Of a DNA stretch of 64,000 nt, positions 40,061 to 50,384 are shown in pieces (position 1 is the first letter of the stretch; every line of letters begins with the position of its first letter). The stretch is from assembly GCA_963848305.1 (NCBI GenBank), contig CAWKDC010000001.1, positions 1,472,001 to 1,536,000 of the forward strand. The letters are read 5' to 3'. Source of the stretch: an uncultured Gammaproteobacteria bacterium. Lineage in GTDB: Bacteria; Pseudomonadota; Gammaproteobacteria; JABCZS01. A model generated the notes under the pieces. It had not been told where the DNA came from, ran no database searches, and saw only the letters and a list, made by a program, of their open reading frames with translations. A program made the position numbers and the translations under genes.

Positions 40061-40969
40061 CTACTCAGGTTCAGTGAAATACTTATTTTTCAGCGGTGTT
40101 CCCCATTCGAGTTTGGTCCGCAGGGTGTGATAATACCCGTAATCTTTAGGGTGGATCAACTTAAGACAATTTTTCTTGCGAGTTACCTGCAATGTTGCGC
40201 CAACGGACAAGGCAATCAAGGCCTGGCCATCACAACTGATGGCAGGATGGTTTGCAGATTGTGTGCACGCCACCCGTAATTCAATCAGCGCATCACTACT
40301 GACGGCAATGGGGCGAGAGGTCAGGGTGTGCGGGAACATGGGCACCAAGACAATCGATTCTAAAGAGGGGTGCAAAATAGGTCCCCCAGCGGAGAGGGCA
40401 TAAGCCGTTGAACCGGTGGGAGTGGCGATGATCAGCCCATCCGAGCGTTGGCTGTACACGAATTGTTTGTCAATATACAATTCAAATTCAATCATGCGGG
40501 CGATTTCGCCGGCATACAAGACCACATCATTAAGGGCAACCCCAATCAATGAGGCTTTGCCATCGACAAACAGATGGGCTTCCAATAAAAAACGCGACTC
40601 TTCAATATATTCCCCACGTAATATCGCACCGATTTGCGTTTCCAGCCCATCAGGTGAAATATCCGTTAAAAAACCCAACAATCCGCGGTTCACACCAATG
40701 ACAGGGATATGATCATCCACCACAGCGTGTGCAGCGTTGAGCAGGCTACCATCCCCGCCGACCACTATCACCAAGTCCACTTCTTTGCCCAAACGTTCCC
40801 GTAAAATCACGGGGAGTTTGAGGGAGGGCACATGTTCAGCGGTGTCGGCTTCTAAGAAGAGGTCCACTGGTTGTGTGGAGAGAAAATGCGCCAGCTTTTC
40901 CAGGGTGTCACGAGTGGAATGGGTGCTGTATCGACCCATCAAGGCGATGCGTTTAAAATGGGGCTGCAT
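40061..40969 (-). CDS. nadK: NAD kinase
   Basis: GGDGSLL, LGFLT and TPTGSTAYALSAGGP motifs. Confidence 0.97.
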   Translation of the reverse strand: MQPHFKRIALMGRYSTHSTRDTLEKLAHFLSTQPVDLFLEADTAEHVPSLKLPVILRERLGKEVDLVIVVGGDGSLLNAAHAVVDDHIPVIGVNRGLLGFLTDISPDGLETQIGAILRGEYIEESRFLLEAHLFVDGKASLIGVALNDVVLYAGEIARMIEFELYIDKQFVYSQRSDGLIIATPTGSTAYALSAGGPILHPSLESIVLVPMFPHTLTSRPIAVSSDALIELRVACTQSANHPAISCDGQALIALSVGATLQVTRKKNCLKLIHPKDYGYYHTLRTKLEWGTPLKNKYFTEPE

Positions 40970-41062
40970 GATTGTTCTCCCGAGTGTACCTTCCTATTAT
41001 CGGTCAATTGATGAAAAAAAACCAATGGTTTCTGGTGACAAGCATTTTAGCGTTGAGCGTCC

Positions 41063-41089
41063 CTTGAATTTCGCCGGCTTTATCCCCAT
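41063..41089 (+). promoter_or_regulatory. Sigma32 promoter for grpE
   Basis: CTTGAA-N15-CCCCAT. Confidence 0.85.
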
Positions 41090-41128
41090 ATGCTCTTCAA
41101 GTGCGAGAGATATACAGAGGAGTGTGGC

Positions 41129-41674
41129 ATGAGCAAGCATGATAAGCCTGAAGATTTCAGTTTCGATGAAGCGGTAGCGCCCCCCGAACTCACTGAAAAA
41201 ACATCAGATTCAGCCAAACAATTGGCTGAGGCCGAGAAAAAGGCTCAAGAAAACTGGGAATTGGCGTTGCGCACCCGCGCTGAAATGGAAAACCTTCAAA
41301 AGCGTGCTGTGCGAGATGTGGAACATGCCCATAAATATGCGTTGGAGCCTTTCATCAAGGCCCTGATCCCCGTGATTGACAGCCTCGAACAAGGGCTGGC
41401 CATGCCGACAGACAGCGGCGAACACGCCAAATCCTTGCACCATGGCATGGAACTCACCCTGAAAATGTTTTTAACGACCTTGGGAAAATTCAGTGTGGAG
41501 GTCATTGACCCGCTGCACAAGCCTTTCGACCCTATCCACCATGAAGCCATGGTGATGCAACCCACCGGCGATCACCCCGCAGGCACGGTTTTGACCGTCG
41601 TTCAAAAGGGCTATCTGCTGCATGGGCGCTTGATTCGGCCCGCTCGCGTGATCGTTTCAAAAGCGCTGGATTAG
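41129..41674 (+). CDS. grpE: Nucleotide exchange factor GrpE
   Basis: RAEMENLQKR, FDPIHHEAM and QKGYLLHGRLIRPA motifs. Confidence 0.97.
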   Translation: MSKHDKPEDFSFDEAVAPPELTEKTSDSAKQLAEAEKKAQENWELALRTRAEMENLQKRAVRDVEHAHKYALEPFIKALIPVIDSLEQGLAMPTDSGEHAKSLHHGMELTLKMFLTTLGKFSVEVIDPLHKPFDPIHHEAMVMQPTGDHPAGTVLTVVQKGYLLHGRLIRPARVIVSKALD

Positions 41675-41676
41675 GG

Positions 41677-41703
41677 CTTGAAAAATATTCAACAACCCCC
41701 CAT
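41677..41703 (+). promoter_or_regulatory. Sigma32 promoter for dnaK
   Basis: CTTGAA-N15-CCCCAT. Confidence 0.85.
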
Positions 41704-41735
41704 GTGGGGAAGACATGACAACTGGGAGAACAAAG

Positions 41736-43696
41736 ATGGCAAAGCATGTAATCGGTATTGATTTAGGAACCACCAACTCTTGTGTGGCTGTATTAGACAA
41801 AGGTGGCAAGGTCACCGTGATCGCGAACTCTGAAGGTGTGCGTACCACCCCTTCCATCGTCGCCTACACCAAAGACGGGCAAAAGTTGGTCGGTGCCCCC
41901 GCTAAACGTCAATCCGTCACCAATCCCACGAACACATTCTACGCAATCAAGCGTTTGATCGGCCGTATGTTCAAAGATGAAGTCGTTCAGCGCGACATCA
42001 AAATGGTGCCTTACAAAATCATTGCCGCCAACAATGGCGATGCATGGGTAGAAGTGCAATGGGCAGATAAACCCCATGAACCCAAAGCGCCTGCGCAAGT
42101 GTCTGCAGAAGTGCTGATCAAAATGAAGCAAACCGCTGAAGAATATTTGGGCGAGGAAATCACCGAGGCTGTGATCACTGTCCCTGCTTATTTCAACGAT
42201 TCGCAACGCCAAGCCACCAAGGATGCAGGTCGCATTGCCGGTCTTGAGGTGAAGCGTATCATCAATGAACCCACAGCTGCTGCCTTGGCATACGGCATGG
42301 ACAAAGCCCGTGGCGACAGCAAAATCGCTGTGTACGATTTGGGTGGTGGTACTTTCGATATTTCCATCATTGAAATTGCAGAAGTTGAAGGCGAGCACCA
42401 ATTTGAAGTGTTGGCCACCAACGGGGATACCTTTTTGGGAGGTGAAGACTTCGACATGCGCATCATCGATTTCTTGGTCGAAGAATTCAAGAAAGAACAA
42501 GGCATTGATTTGCGCAACGATCCCCTCGCTTTGCAGCGCTTGAAAGAAGCCGCTGAAAAAGCGAAAATCGAGTTGTCTTCCTTGCAGCAAACCGATGTCA
42601 ACCTGCCTTACATCACCGCAGACGCAAGTGGGCCGAAGCATTTGAACATCAAAATGACGCGCGCCAAACTCGAATCACTCGTGGAAGATTTGGTTGAACG
42701 TACAATCAATCCTTGTAAGACGGCCTTGAAAGATTCTGGTTTATCTCTCGATCAAATAAGCGATGTCATTCTCGTCGGTGGTCAAACCCGTATGCCGAAA
42801 GTGCAAGAAATTGTCAAACAGATCTTTGGCAAAGAAGCACGTCGTGACGTCAATCCCGATGAAGCGGTTGCCATTGGTGCGGCCATTCAGGGCGGCGTGT
42901 TGTCTGGTAGCGTGAAAGATATTCTATTGCTCGACGTGACGCCTTTATCCTTGGGGATTGAAACCATGGGCGGCGTGCTCACGAAACTGATTGAAAAGAA
43001 CACGACCATTCCGACAAAACATTCACAAGTGTTTTCAACGGCTGACGACAATCAAACCGCTGTGACGGTGCATGTTGTGCAAGGTGAGCGTGAACGTGCG
43101 AATGCGGAAGGGAATAAATCGTTGGGTCGCTTCGATCTGACAGATATTCCGCCTGCCCCCCGAGGCGTGCCGCAAATCGAAGTCACCTTCGACATTGACG
43201 CGAATGGTATTTTGAATGTGTCTGCCAAGGACAAGGCAACCAATAAGCAGCAATCCATCGTGATCCGCTCGTCAGGCGGTTTGTCTGAAGCTGAAATCGA
43301 CAAGATGGTGAAAGAAGCAGAAATGCATGCGGAAGAAGATCATAAATTCAAAGCGTTGGTTGAAACCAAAAACCAAGCAGATGCCATGATCCATTCCGTC
43401 ACCAAATCGATGAAGGAAGCGGGCGATAAAGTGTCCGCTGACGAGCGCGCATCAATCGAATCTGCCATCAATGCGTTGAAAGAAGCCATCAAGTCTGAGG
43501 ATAAATCATTGATCGAAGCGAAACTGCAAGCCTTGACAGATGCCTCTGGCAAAATGGCTGAGAAGCTATACGCTGCCGGTGGCGATCAAGGCGGCCCGGC
43601 CCAGCCGGCGGTGCGACAGCAGGTGAGCAAGCGGGTGGCGAGAGCGATGCAGTGGATGCGGAGTTCGAAGAAGTGAAGGACAAGGATAAAAAATGA
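41736..43696 (+). CDS. dnaK: Chaperone DnaK (frameshift in the tail near 43597)
   Basis: [10 protein letters not shown] and DLGGGTFD; the expected tail [16 protein letters not shown] is in the adjacent frame, ending at 43696. Confidence 0.98.
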
Positions 43697-43705
43697 TTGA
43701 AAATG

Positions 43706-43733
43706 GTAGGGGTGCAGCATGCTGCTCCCCTAC
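43706..43733. repeat. GTAG-type REP palindrome
   Basis: GTAGGGGTGCAGCATGCTGCTCCCCTAC. Confidence 0.8.
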
Positions 43734-43763
43734 ACAGAACGCTTCCCAAAATTTAGGCTTATC

Positions 43764-44885
43764 ATGTCCAAACGCGATTACTATGAAATCCTCGGCATTG
43801 CCCGTGGTGCCTCACCCGATGAGATCAAAAAGGCATACCGTCGCCTCGCGATGAAATACCATCCTGATCGAAATGCGGAAGATGCCTCTGCGAAAGAAAA
43901 ATTTCAGGAATGCCAAGAAGCCTATACGGTACTCTCTGATCCGCAGAAACGTGCCGCCTATGATCAATTCGGTCATGCCGGTGTGCAAGGTCCAGGCGGT
44001 GCGGGGCCTGGCGGCTTTACTGGAGGCGGATTCGAAGATATTTTTGGTGATATCTTTGGCGATATTTTCGGGGGTCGCGGTGGCCGCGGACAAGGAGCCG
44101 GCAGCCGTGCCACGCGAGGCCACGATCTCAAATATGATTTGGCACTCACTTTAGAACAAGCGGTTCAGGGTGTCACGCAAGAAATCAAAGTACCGACATG
44201 GGTCGGGTGTAAGACTTGTAGTGGTTCTGGCGCAAAACCCGGTTCATCCAAAAAAACCTGTTCAACCTGTGGGGGTGCAGGTCAAGTTCGCATGCAACAA
44301 GGTTTCTTTGCGGTCACGCAAACCTGCCCAGCATGTCATGGTGAAGGCAGCATGATTTCAGATCCTTGCACCTCGTGTAAAGGACAGGGTCGTGTTCGTG
44401 AAACCAAAACATTGTCTGTTAAAATTCCCGCGGGAGTTGATAATGGCGATCGCGTGCGTTTAGCAGGCGAGGGTGAAGCGGGCATGCATGGCGGTCCTGC
44501 GGGCGATTTATATGTTGAAGTGCATGTGACACCGCATCCATTTTTCGAGCGTGATGGTAACAATTTACATTCTGAAGTACCCATTGGTTTCGTGACCGCG
44601 GCATTAGGGGGTGATATTGATGTGCCGACGCTGAATGGTCATGTGAAATTGAAAATTCCTGCAGAAACACAAAATGGTAAAGTTTTCCGCTTACGCGGCC
44701 AAGGGGTGAAAGCGCTGCGCAGTAGCCAGGTCGGTGATTTATTGTGTCGCGTCCACATTGAAACGCCGGTTAACCTCGATAGTAATCAACGCGCTTTACT
44801 GGAATCTTTGGGTACCAGTTTAAACGCAAATCCCAGTAAGCATGAGCCTAGAACAACGGCGTGGCACGCAAAGTCACGGAAATGA
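43764..44885 (+). CDS. dnaJ: Chaperone DnaJ
   Basis: [14 protein letters not shown] and four CxxCxGxG motifs. Confidence 0.98.
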   Translation: MSKRDYYEILGIARGASPDEIKKAYRRLAMKYHPDRNAEDASAKEKFQECQEAYTVLSDPQKRAAYDQFGHAGVQGPGGAGPGGFTGGGFEDIFGDIFGDIFGGRGGRGQGAGSRATRGHDLKYDLALTLEQAVQGVTQEIKVPTWVGCKTCSGSGAKPGSSKKTCSTCGGAGQVRMQQGFFAVTQTCPACHGEGSMISDPCTSCKGQGRVRETKTLSVKIPAGVDNGDRVRLAGEGEAGMHGGPAGDLYVEVHVTPHPFFERDGNNLHSEVPIGFVTAALGGDIDVPTLNGHVKLKIPAETQNGKVFRLRGQGVKALRSSQVGDLLCRVHIETPVNLDSNQRALLESLGTSLNANPSKHEPRTTAWHAKSRK

Positions 44886-44906
44886 AATGTGACACACACG
44901 CTCTTC

Positions 44907-44976
44907 GTCATCCCGGGCGCACATAGCGCGACCCGGGATCCCGGATAATTTTGCTACACAAAATTTTCGGGATGAC
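44907..44976. repeat. GTCATCCCG...CGGGATGAC palindromic element
   Basis: 9-bp terminal inverted repeats with internal hairpins ATCCCGGG..CCCGGGAT and AATTTTG..CAAAATT. Confidence 0.75.
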
Positions 44977-45062
44977 AAGATCAGGAGTGCTCCCCACAAT
45001 AAATCTTGTTCTTTTAAATTTTTCCTTCTATACTCTTCAAGCCAACATGACAGGAGTACACC

Positions 45063-45281
45063 ATGGCTGATCACTTATTCCAAGAAATTGAGCTGCGCAT
45101 CGAAACACTCGTGAGCACCTCCCGTAAACTCAAAGAAGAAAATGCATTTTTGCGTGAAATGGTTGAGGCACTGGAAGCAGAGCTCGCTGAATCACAAGAG
45201 AAACAAGCACAAGCCCGCGCGAGAATTGAAAAGGTGCTTGAACACTTAAAAGCAACGGACACTGTCGATGAACTTCAATAA
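45063..45281 (+). CDS. ZapB-like coiled-coil protein
   Basis: Short coiled coil (LKEEN..LRE, ARARIEKVLEHLK) upstream of zapA. Confidence 0.75.
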   Translation: MADHLFQEIELRIETLVSTSRKLKEENAFLREMVEALEAELAESQEKQAQARARIEKVLEHLKATDTVDELQ

Positions 45282-45549
45282 AGAAACAGTACATATCCAT
45301 CTCCTCGGCAAATCTTATCCCATGGTGTGCCCTGCAGATGAAACAGAAAGTTTGAAAGATGCTGCGCAATACTTGGATCAAAAACTTCAAATCCTTGCGC
45401 GCTCGCATCCTCAACTCCCGCTAGAACGTCTCGCTCTCATGGCTGCGTTGGACTTGTCTCAAGAATGTTTGTCGTCTTCCCTATTTCGTGAAGGCCTAGA
45501 AGCCAAAATGCGTGCGTTGAATCATGCACTTGAAACAGAATTGTGTTAA
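45268..45549 (+). CDS. zapA: Cell division protein ZapA
   Basis: LLGKSYPMVCP, LKDAAQYLD and ERLALMAAL motifs. Confidence 0.9.
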   Translation: MNFNKETVHIHLLGKSYPMVCPADETESLKDAAQYLDQKLQILARSHPQLPLERLALMAALDLSQECLSSSLFREGLEAKMRALNHALETELC

Positions 45550-45559
45550 TCTGATGTGG

Positions 45560-45728
45560 GCCCATTGATTGTCCCCTCCGGGTGTCTTGAGCCGATACTT
45601 TATAGACGCAGGAAATACAGTCTCTGTCACCGTTGTGCATGCCGTGTTCGCACGGAAGCCTGAAGTGATATACTTTTTTCCGACTTGAACCCAGTGGTTC
45701 AAGGCAGAGGGGGGGACAATCAATGGGC
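45560..45728 (+). ncRNA. ssrS: 6S RNA
   Basis: Lies between zapA and ygfA; closing stem GCCCATTGATTGTCCCC/GGGGACAATCAATGGGC; TGAGCCGATA, GAAGCCTG and CTTGAACC..GGTTCAAGG motifs. Exact ends are approximate. Confidence 0.88.
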
Positions 45729-45739
45729 GAAAAAACTTC

Positions 45740-45841
45740 TATTTGGGTGATCTTGCGCTAAAATCCTGCGTTGAAATGCTCACATAGAAAAACACTATGC
45801 TGCGCTTTCTCCTCGCATTTTAGCGCAAGATCACTCAAATA
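45740..45841. mobile_element. MITE/ERIC-like element with 25-bp terminal inverted repeats
   Basis: TATTTGGGTGATCTTGCGCTAAAAT and ATTTTAGCGCAAGATCACTCAAATA match at 24/25 positions; TA at both ends. Confidence 0.65.
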
Positions 45842-45869
45842 TAACCGTTTTTTTGATATGGGTACCTGA

Positions 45870-46454
45870 TTGATGCGTGATACTGTCAAATCAAAACGCC
45901 GTGCCCTGAAACCCGACGAGGTGATGGCGATGAGCGATCTGATCATCACCCGCCTGTGCGAGACATCCCTTATTCAAGGGCAACATATCGCCATTTATTT
46001 TTCATACCATCAAGAAGTCATGGCTGAACGCATTGTTCCCTGGTTATTAAAGCATCGCAAGCAAGTGTATATGCCCGTATTAGACACCGACACAGGCGTA
46101 TTATTTTTTGCGCATTACACATCTGACACTGCATTGCAACCGAATTTCTACGGTATTTTAGAGCCCGTGAAGCCGCATACTCTCCTGGAACCGTCAAAGC
46201 TCGATACGGTGCTTGTGCCGTTGGTCGCGTTTACACAACGCTGTGAACGTTTGGGCATGGGCAAAGGATATTATGACAAAACATTTGCTTTCCTCCTTCA
46301 ACATCCCCGTCCCCCCCATCCTAAGCTGATCGGATTGGCATACGATTTTCAGGAAATGCCCGAATTAATACAACATGATCAAGATGTTCGATTAGATGCT
46401 GTGGTCACGGAAACTCGGGTGATTTCTGTGATAGACTCCTCTTTTTCCTCATGA
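45870..46454 (+). CDS. ygfA: 5-formyltetrahydrofolate cyclo-ligase
   Basis: YGILEP, VPLVAF, RLGMGKGYYDKT and HDQDVRLD motifs. Confidence 0.95.
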   Translation: MMRDTVKSKRRALKPDEVMAMSDLIITRLCETSLIQGQHIAIYFSYHQEVMAERIVPWLLKHRKQVYMPVLDTDTGVLFFAHYTSDTALQPNFYGILEPVKPHTLLEPSKLDTVLVPLVAFTQRCERLGMGKGYYDKTFAFLLQHPRPPHPKLIGLAYDFQEMPELIQHDQDVRLDAVVTETRVISVIDSSFSS

Positions 46455-46463
46455 GAAAGAGAC

Positions 46464-47906
46464 ATGGACATACTCGCCAAAGCGAAAGACATTTTGCTTG
46501 CTCCCACAGCGCTGACAGAAAGCGCTTTATCAAATTTGCTTTCCCACCTGAACGGCCGCGCGATTGATCAAGCGGATCTGTACTTTCAAGTGATTCAACA
46601 TGAACATTTTGGCTTAGAAGATGGCAAAGTGAAAGGCAACAGTTTCAGCCTGGATAAAGGCGTGGGGATCCGTGCCATCAGCGGTGAAAAAACAGGGTTT
46701 GCCTACAGCGATGAACTGTACATGCCCGCGCTTGAAAAAGCGACTCAAGCGGCTAAAAGTATTGCCCGCGGTGGTGGCGGAAATGCGATTCCGCAAGCGC
46801 CTCATCATGTCTTGCCCAAAGCATTATATGCCCCGGTCGATCCCCTCGAGAGTGTGAGTACCGCAGAAAAAATGGCTGTGCTGCAACACATTGATCGTTT
46901 TGCCAGAGCAATGGATCCCCGCATCACGCAGGTCATGACAAACCTAACGGCTTCACATGAAGTGATCCTCGTCATGTCGCAAGACGGCACGCTTTCTGCT
47001 GATATTCGTCCGCTTGTTCGCTTGGATGTTCGCGTGATTGCACAATCGGGTAACCGTCGTGAACAAGGTTTTTCCGGTGGCGGTGGTCGTACAGATTATC
47101 GTCCTGTGATTGATCTGAAAACAGCAGAGTGGCACGCCGCTGAAGCGGTTCGTTTAGCGCTCTTGAATTTGGAAGCAGGCGCAGCGCCTGCCGGCTTGAT
47201 GCCTGTGGTGCTCGGCCCAGGTTGGCCCGGCGTGTTATTGCATGAAGCCGTGGGACACGGTTTAGAAGGCGATTTCAATCGAAAAGGTAGCAGTTTTTAC
47301 GCCGGTCGTTTAGGTGAACAAGTCGCCAGCCCTCTCGTCACGGTGGTGGATGATGGCACATTGCCAAATCGTCGAGGTTCTCTGACGATTGATGACGAAG
47401 GCGTGCCTTCTCAATGCACAACGCTCATCGAAAATGGCATCCTAAAAAATTACATGCAAGATAAAATGAATGCGAGATTGATGGGAATGCAGCCCACAGG
47501 GAATGGCCGCCGTGAATCTTATGCGCATCTGCCCATGCCCCGGATGACCAACACATATTTATTGGCAGGCAAAAGTGATCCCGCGGAAATCATCAGCAGT
47601 GTTCAAAATGGTATTTATGCTGTGAATTTTTCGGGCGGGCAAGTGGACATCACGTCAGGTAAATTTGTTTTCACCACGAGCGAGGCGTACCTCATCGAAA
47701 ATGGGAAAGTGACACGTCCAGTAAAAGGCGCGACCTTGATTGGCATGGGTCCGGAAGTCATGCAAAATATTTCCATGGTGGGGAATGACTTGAAGTTGGA
47801 TCAAGGTGTAGGCGTTTGCGGGAAGCAAGGCCAATCGGTACCAGTAGGGGTTGGCCAGCCGACGCTGAAGGTGGATCAAATGACCGTAGGCGGCACTCAA
47901 CAATAA
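46464..47906 (+). CDS. tldD: Metalloprotease TldD
   Basis: [22 protein letters not shown] and [15 protein letters not shown] motifs. Confidence 0.97.
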   Translation: MDILAKAKDILLAPTALTESALSNLLSHLNGRAIDQADLYFQVIQHEHFGLEDGKVKGNSFSLDKGVGIRAISGEKTGFAYSDELYMPALEKATQAAKSIARGGGGNAIPQAPHHVLPKALYAPVDPLESVSTAEKMAVLQHIDRFARAMDPRITQVMTNLTASHEVILVMSQDGTLSADIRPLVRLDVRVIAQSGNRREQGFSGGGGRTDYRPVIDLKTAEWHAAEAVRLALLNLEAGAAPAGLMPVVLGPGWPGVLLHEAVGHGLEGDFNRKGSSFYAGRLGEQVASPLVTVVDDGTLPNRRGSLTIDDEGVPSQCTTLIENGILKNYMQDKMNARLMGMQPTGNGRRESYAHLPMPRMTNTYLLAGKSDPAEIISSVQNGIYAVNFSGGQVDITSGKFVFTTSEAYLIENGKVTRPVKGATLIGMGPEVMQNISMVGNDLKLDQGVGVCGKQGQSVPVGVGQPTLKVDQMTVGGTQQ

Positions 47907-47917
47907 GGATTTATTGC

Positions 47918-49237
47918 ATGCATTCAGAAACATTCAAAAACACCGTTTCATACACCCTCGACAAAGCCAAATCACTCGGCGCGACAGATTGCGAAGTGAG
48001 CCTTGCCCTCGTAGAAGGGTTTGATGTGATGGTACGTAACCTGGATGTCGAAACCGTAGAATTCACGGGTGAAAAGGCGATGGCCATCAACGTTTATCGT
48101 GGTCACAAGAAAGCGTCTGTGGGTATTTCCGATGCATCTCATGCTGAAATTGACAAAGCTGTTGCACGTGCCATTGACATGGCCGATGCACTCGAGGCCG
48201 ATCAGTTCGAAGGATTACCCGCGCCCAGTGAATTGGCACAGCATTTTAAAGCATTGTCTCTCGATCATCCGTGGGATATCACGCCAGAAAAAGCGATTGA
48301 CATGGGGATCATGATCGAAAAGGAAGCACTGGCACAAGACAAGCGTATCAAACAATCCGAGGGCGTGCACATTTCAACCCAGCGGGCTGTGCAAGTGTTT
48401 GGAAACAGCATTGGTTTTATGGAACATGAAGAACGCACGCGTCACAGTATTTCTTGTGTACTGATTGCAGAAGAAGCGGGCCGCATGCAACGCGATTATG
48501 CATACGATACCCGACGCGATTTTCATGATTTAATGCCGCACAGCGAATTGGTCGTGATGGCAGCACAACGGACAGTGGCACGCTTGAATGCGCGATCCAT
48601 TCCCACCACACGCGTGCCTGTGTTATTCGATCCGCCGCTCGCTGCAGGTTTAATTCATCATTTTTTATCGGCCATCAGTGGCGGAGCCTTATACCGCGAG
48701 GCCTCATTTTTATGCGGCGCATTGGGCGAGCGGATTTTTCCAACATGGATGAACATTGAAGACAATCCATTCTTATTGAAAGGCATGGGATCCTGCAATG
48801 CGGATAATGATGGCGTGCAAACACAAGAGCGTCATTTGATCAAAGACGGTGTTTTACAAGGATATTTGCTGAGCGTGTACACGGGTCGCCGTTTGAAAAT
48901 GGCTTCCACAGGTAATGCGGGCGGCGCACACAACGTGCTGGTGCAATCAGGTCCTGATGATCTGCCTGGTTTATTGCGTAAAATGGATCGCGGCTTATAT
49001 GTCACGGAGTTAATGGGGCAGGGGGTTAATATAGTGACGGGGGATTATTCTCGCGGAGCATCCGGCTTCTGGGTTGAAAATGGTCAAATTCAATTTCCTG
49101 TTGAAAATATCACCATTGCCGGTAACCTTAAAGAGATGTTCGCGCATGTTGTTGCGGTAGGCAGCGACATCGACACGCGTGGGCAGGTGCGTATCGGTTC
49201 GCTGTTGCTCAGCGAGATGACAGTGGCAGGGAATTAA
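47918..49237 (+). CDS. pmbA: Metalloprotease partner PmbA/TldE
   Basis: MQRDY and ELMGQGVNIVTGDYSRGASGFWVENG motifs. Confidence 0.96.
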   Translation: MHSETFKNTVSYTLDKAKSLGATDCEVSLALVEGFDVMVRNLDVETVEFTGEKAMAINVYRGHKKASVGISDASHAEIDKAVARAIDMADALEADQFEGLPAPSELAQHFKALSLDHPWDITPEKAIDMGIMIEKEALAQDKRIKQSEGVHISTQRAVQVFGNSIGFMEHEERTRHSISCVLIAEEAGRMQRDYAYDTRRDFHDLMPHSELVVMAAQRTVARLNARSIPTTRVPVLFDPPLAAGLIHHFLSAISGGALYREASFLCGALGERIFPTWMNIEDNPFLLKGMGSCNADNDGVQTQERHLIKDGVLQGYLLSVYTGRRLKMASTGNAGGAHNVLVQSGPDDLPGLLRKMDRGLYVTELMGQGVNIVTGDYSRGASGFWVENGQIQFPVENITIAGNLKEMFAHVVAVGSDIDTRGQVRIGSLLLSEMTVAGN

Positions 49238-49238
49238 T

Positions 49239-50333
49239 GTGAGCACGTACGATGTGTTGATCGTTGGTGCCGGTCTTGTCGGCACTACCCTGGCGTTAGC
49301 CTTGCATCAAACGGGTGTGAGGGTTGCGCTGATGGATGCCAAACCACGTTTGTCCGCTGACAACATGAGTGATGTGCGCACGGTGGCGCTGTCATTGGCT
49401 TCTGTGAGATGGCTCGAAAAAACAGGCGTCTGGGCATTGTTATCAGACGAGGAAAAATCGCCTTACACCCACATGTGTGTGTTTGAACCGGATTATCCCG
49501 CATCCACACTCACATTTTCTGCGCAGCAATCGGGTTTGCCTTGTTTGGGCTATATCGTTGCGCACGATCGTCTATTAATGGCCGCACAATCATTATTACA
49601 GTGCGATACCTTTTTTGACACGCCAATTCATGCGTTGAGTGATGTCACAGATCGTGCGCAGATAGTTATTGGATGTGATGGCGCTGATTCTTTGCTGCGT
49701 CAAGCGATCAGCATCACACAGCAGACGCATGATTACGAGCAGAAGGCATTGGTTGCTGAATTACAATGCGAGCATTGGCATGAACACACTGCTTGGCAAT
49801 CATTCTCGCAAGGAGCCATCATGGGGTTATTGCCCTTGCACGATCGCCATCGTGTGAACATGGTCTGGAGCCTGAACAGAACGCTGGCCGACGAATATGC
49901 GTCTTTGCCTGTCACATCATTAGAACCATTGATTCAATCCATGTTCGGTGATCGCTTGGGTCGCTTATCAATCGTGTCAACCCGTGTCGGGAAGTTCTCC
50001 TTGGTGGCGCGCCATGCTCATCAATATGGGAATGATCGCGTGATATTACTAGGTGATGCCATTCACACCGTGCATCCATTGGCGGGGCAGGGTGTTAATT
50101 TGGGTTTTCTGGATGCAGCTGCGCTAGTCGAGTGTTGGGGCAGTAGGAATCTGCGCGCGTGTGTCGAGCGCCGCCGCAAAGCCCATAATTTTTTCACCAC
50201 TCATTTAATGACAGCCTTGCAGCAAGCGTACGCGCAAACGGGGCTTGTCGCACAAGCGCGCCATTTGGGTGTCAGAGGGTTGAATGCGGTGCCAATGTTA
50301 AAAAGCATGATCGTGAAAGCAATGACAACATGA
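49239..50333 (+). CDS. UbiH/UbiF/UbiI-family FAD-dependent hydroxylase
   Basis: IVGAGLVG, GCDGADS and GDAIHTVHPLAGQGVNLG motifs. Confidence 0.9.
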   Translation: MSTYDVLIVGAGLVGTTLALALHQTGVRVALMDAKPRLSADNMSDVRTVALSLASVRWLEKTGVWALLSDEEKSPYTHMCVFEPDYPASTLTFSAQQSGLPCLGYIVAHDRLLMAAQSLLQCDTFFDTPIHALSDVTDRAQIVIGCDGADSLLRQAISITQQTHDYEQKALVAELQCEHWHEHTAWQSFSQGAIMGLLPLHDRHRVNMVWSLNRTLADEYASLPVTSLEPLIQSMFGDRLGRLSIVSTRVGKFSLVARHAHQYGNDRVILLGDAIHTVHPLAGQGVNLGFLDAAALVECWGSRNLRACVERRRKAHNFFTTHLMTALQQAYAQTGLVAQARHLGVRGLNAVPMLKSMIVKAMTT

Positions 50334-50384
50334 ATATGGGCTCTTGTAGGGGCACATATTTGCGCCGGTTAAACACGATTGATT

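Noticed and set aside
41793-42641. 282-aa ORF antisense to dnaK
   Set aside because: Long antisense ORFs on dnaK are a well-known by-product of codon bias, and there is no independent support for this one.
44850-44885. Truncated DnaJ C-terminus caused by the adjacent repeat
   Set aside because: Only a few residues differ from typical DnaJ ends; this cannot be distinguished from natural variation or an indel.
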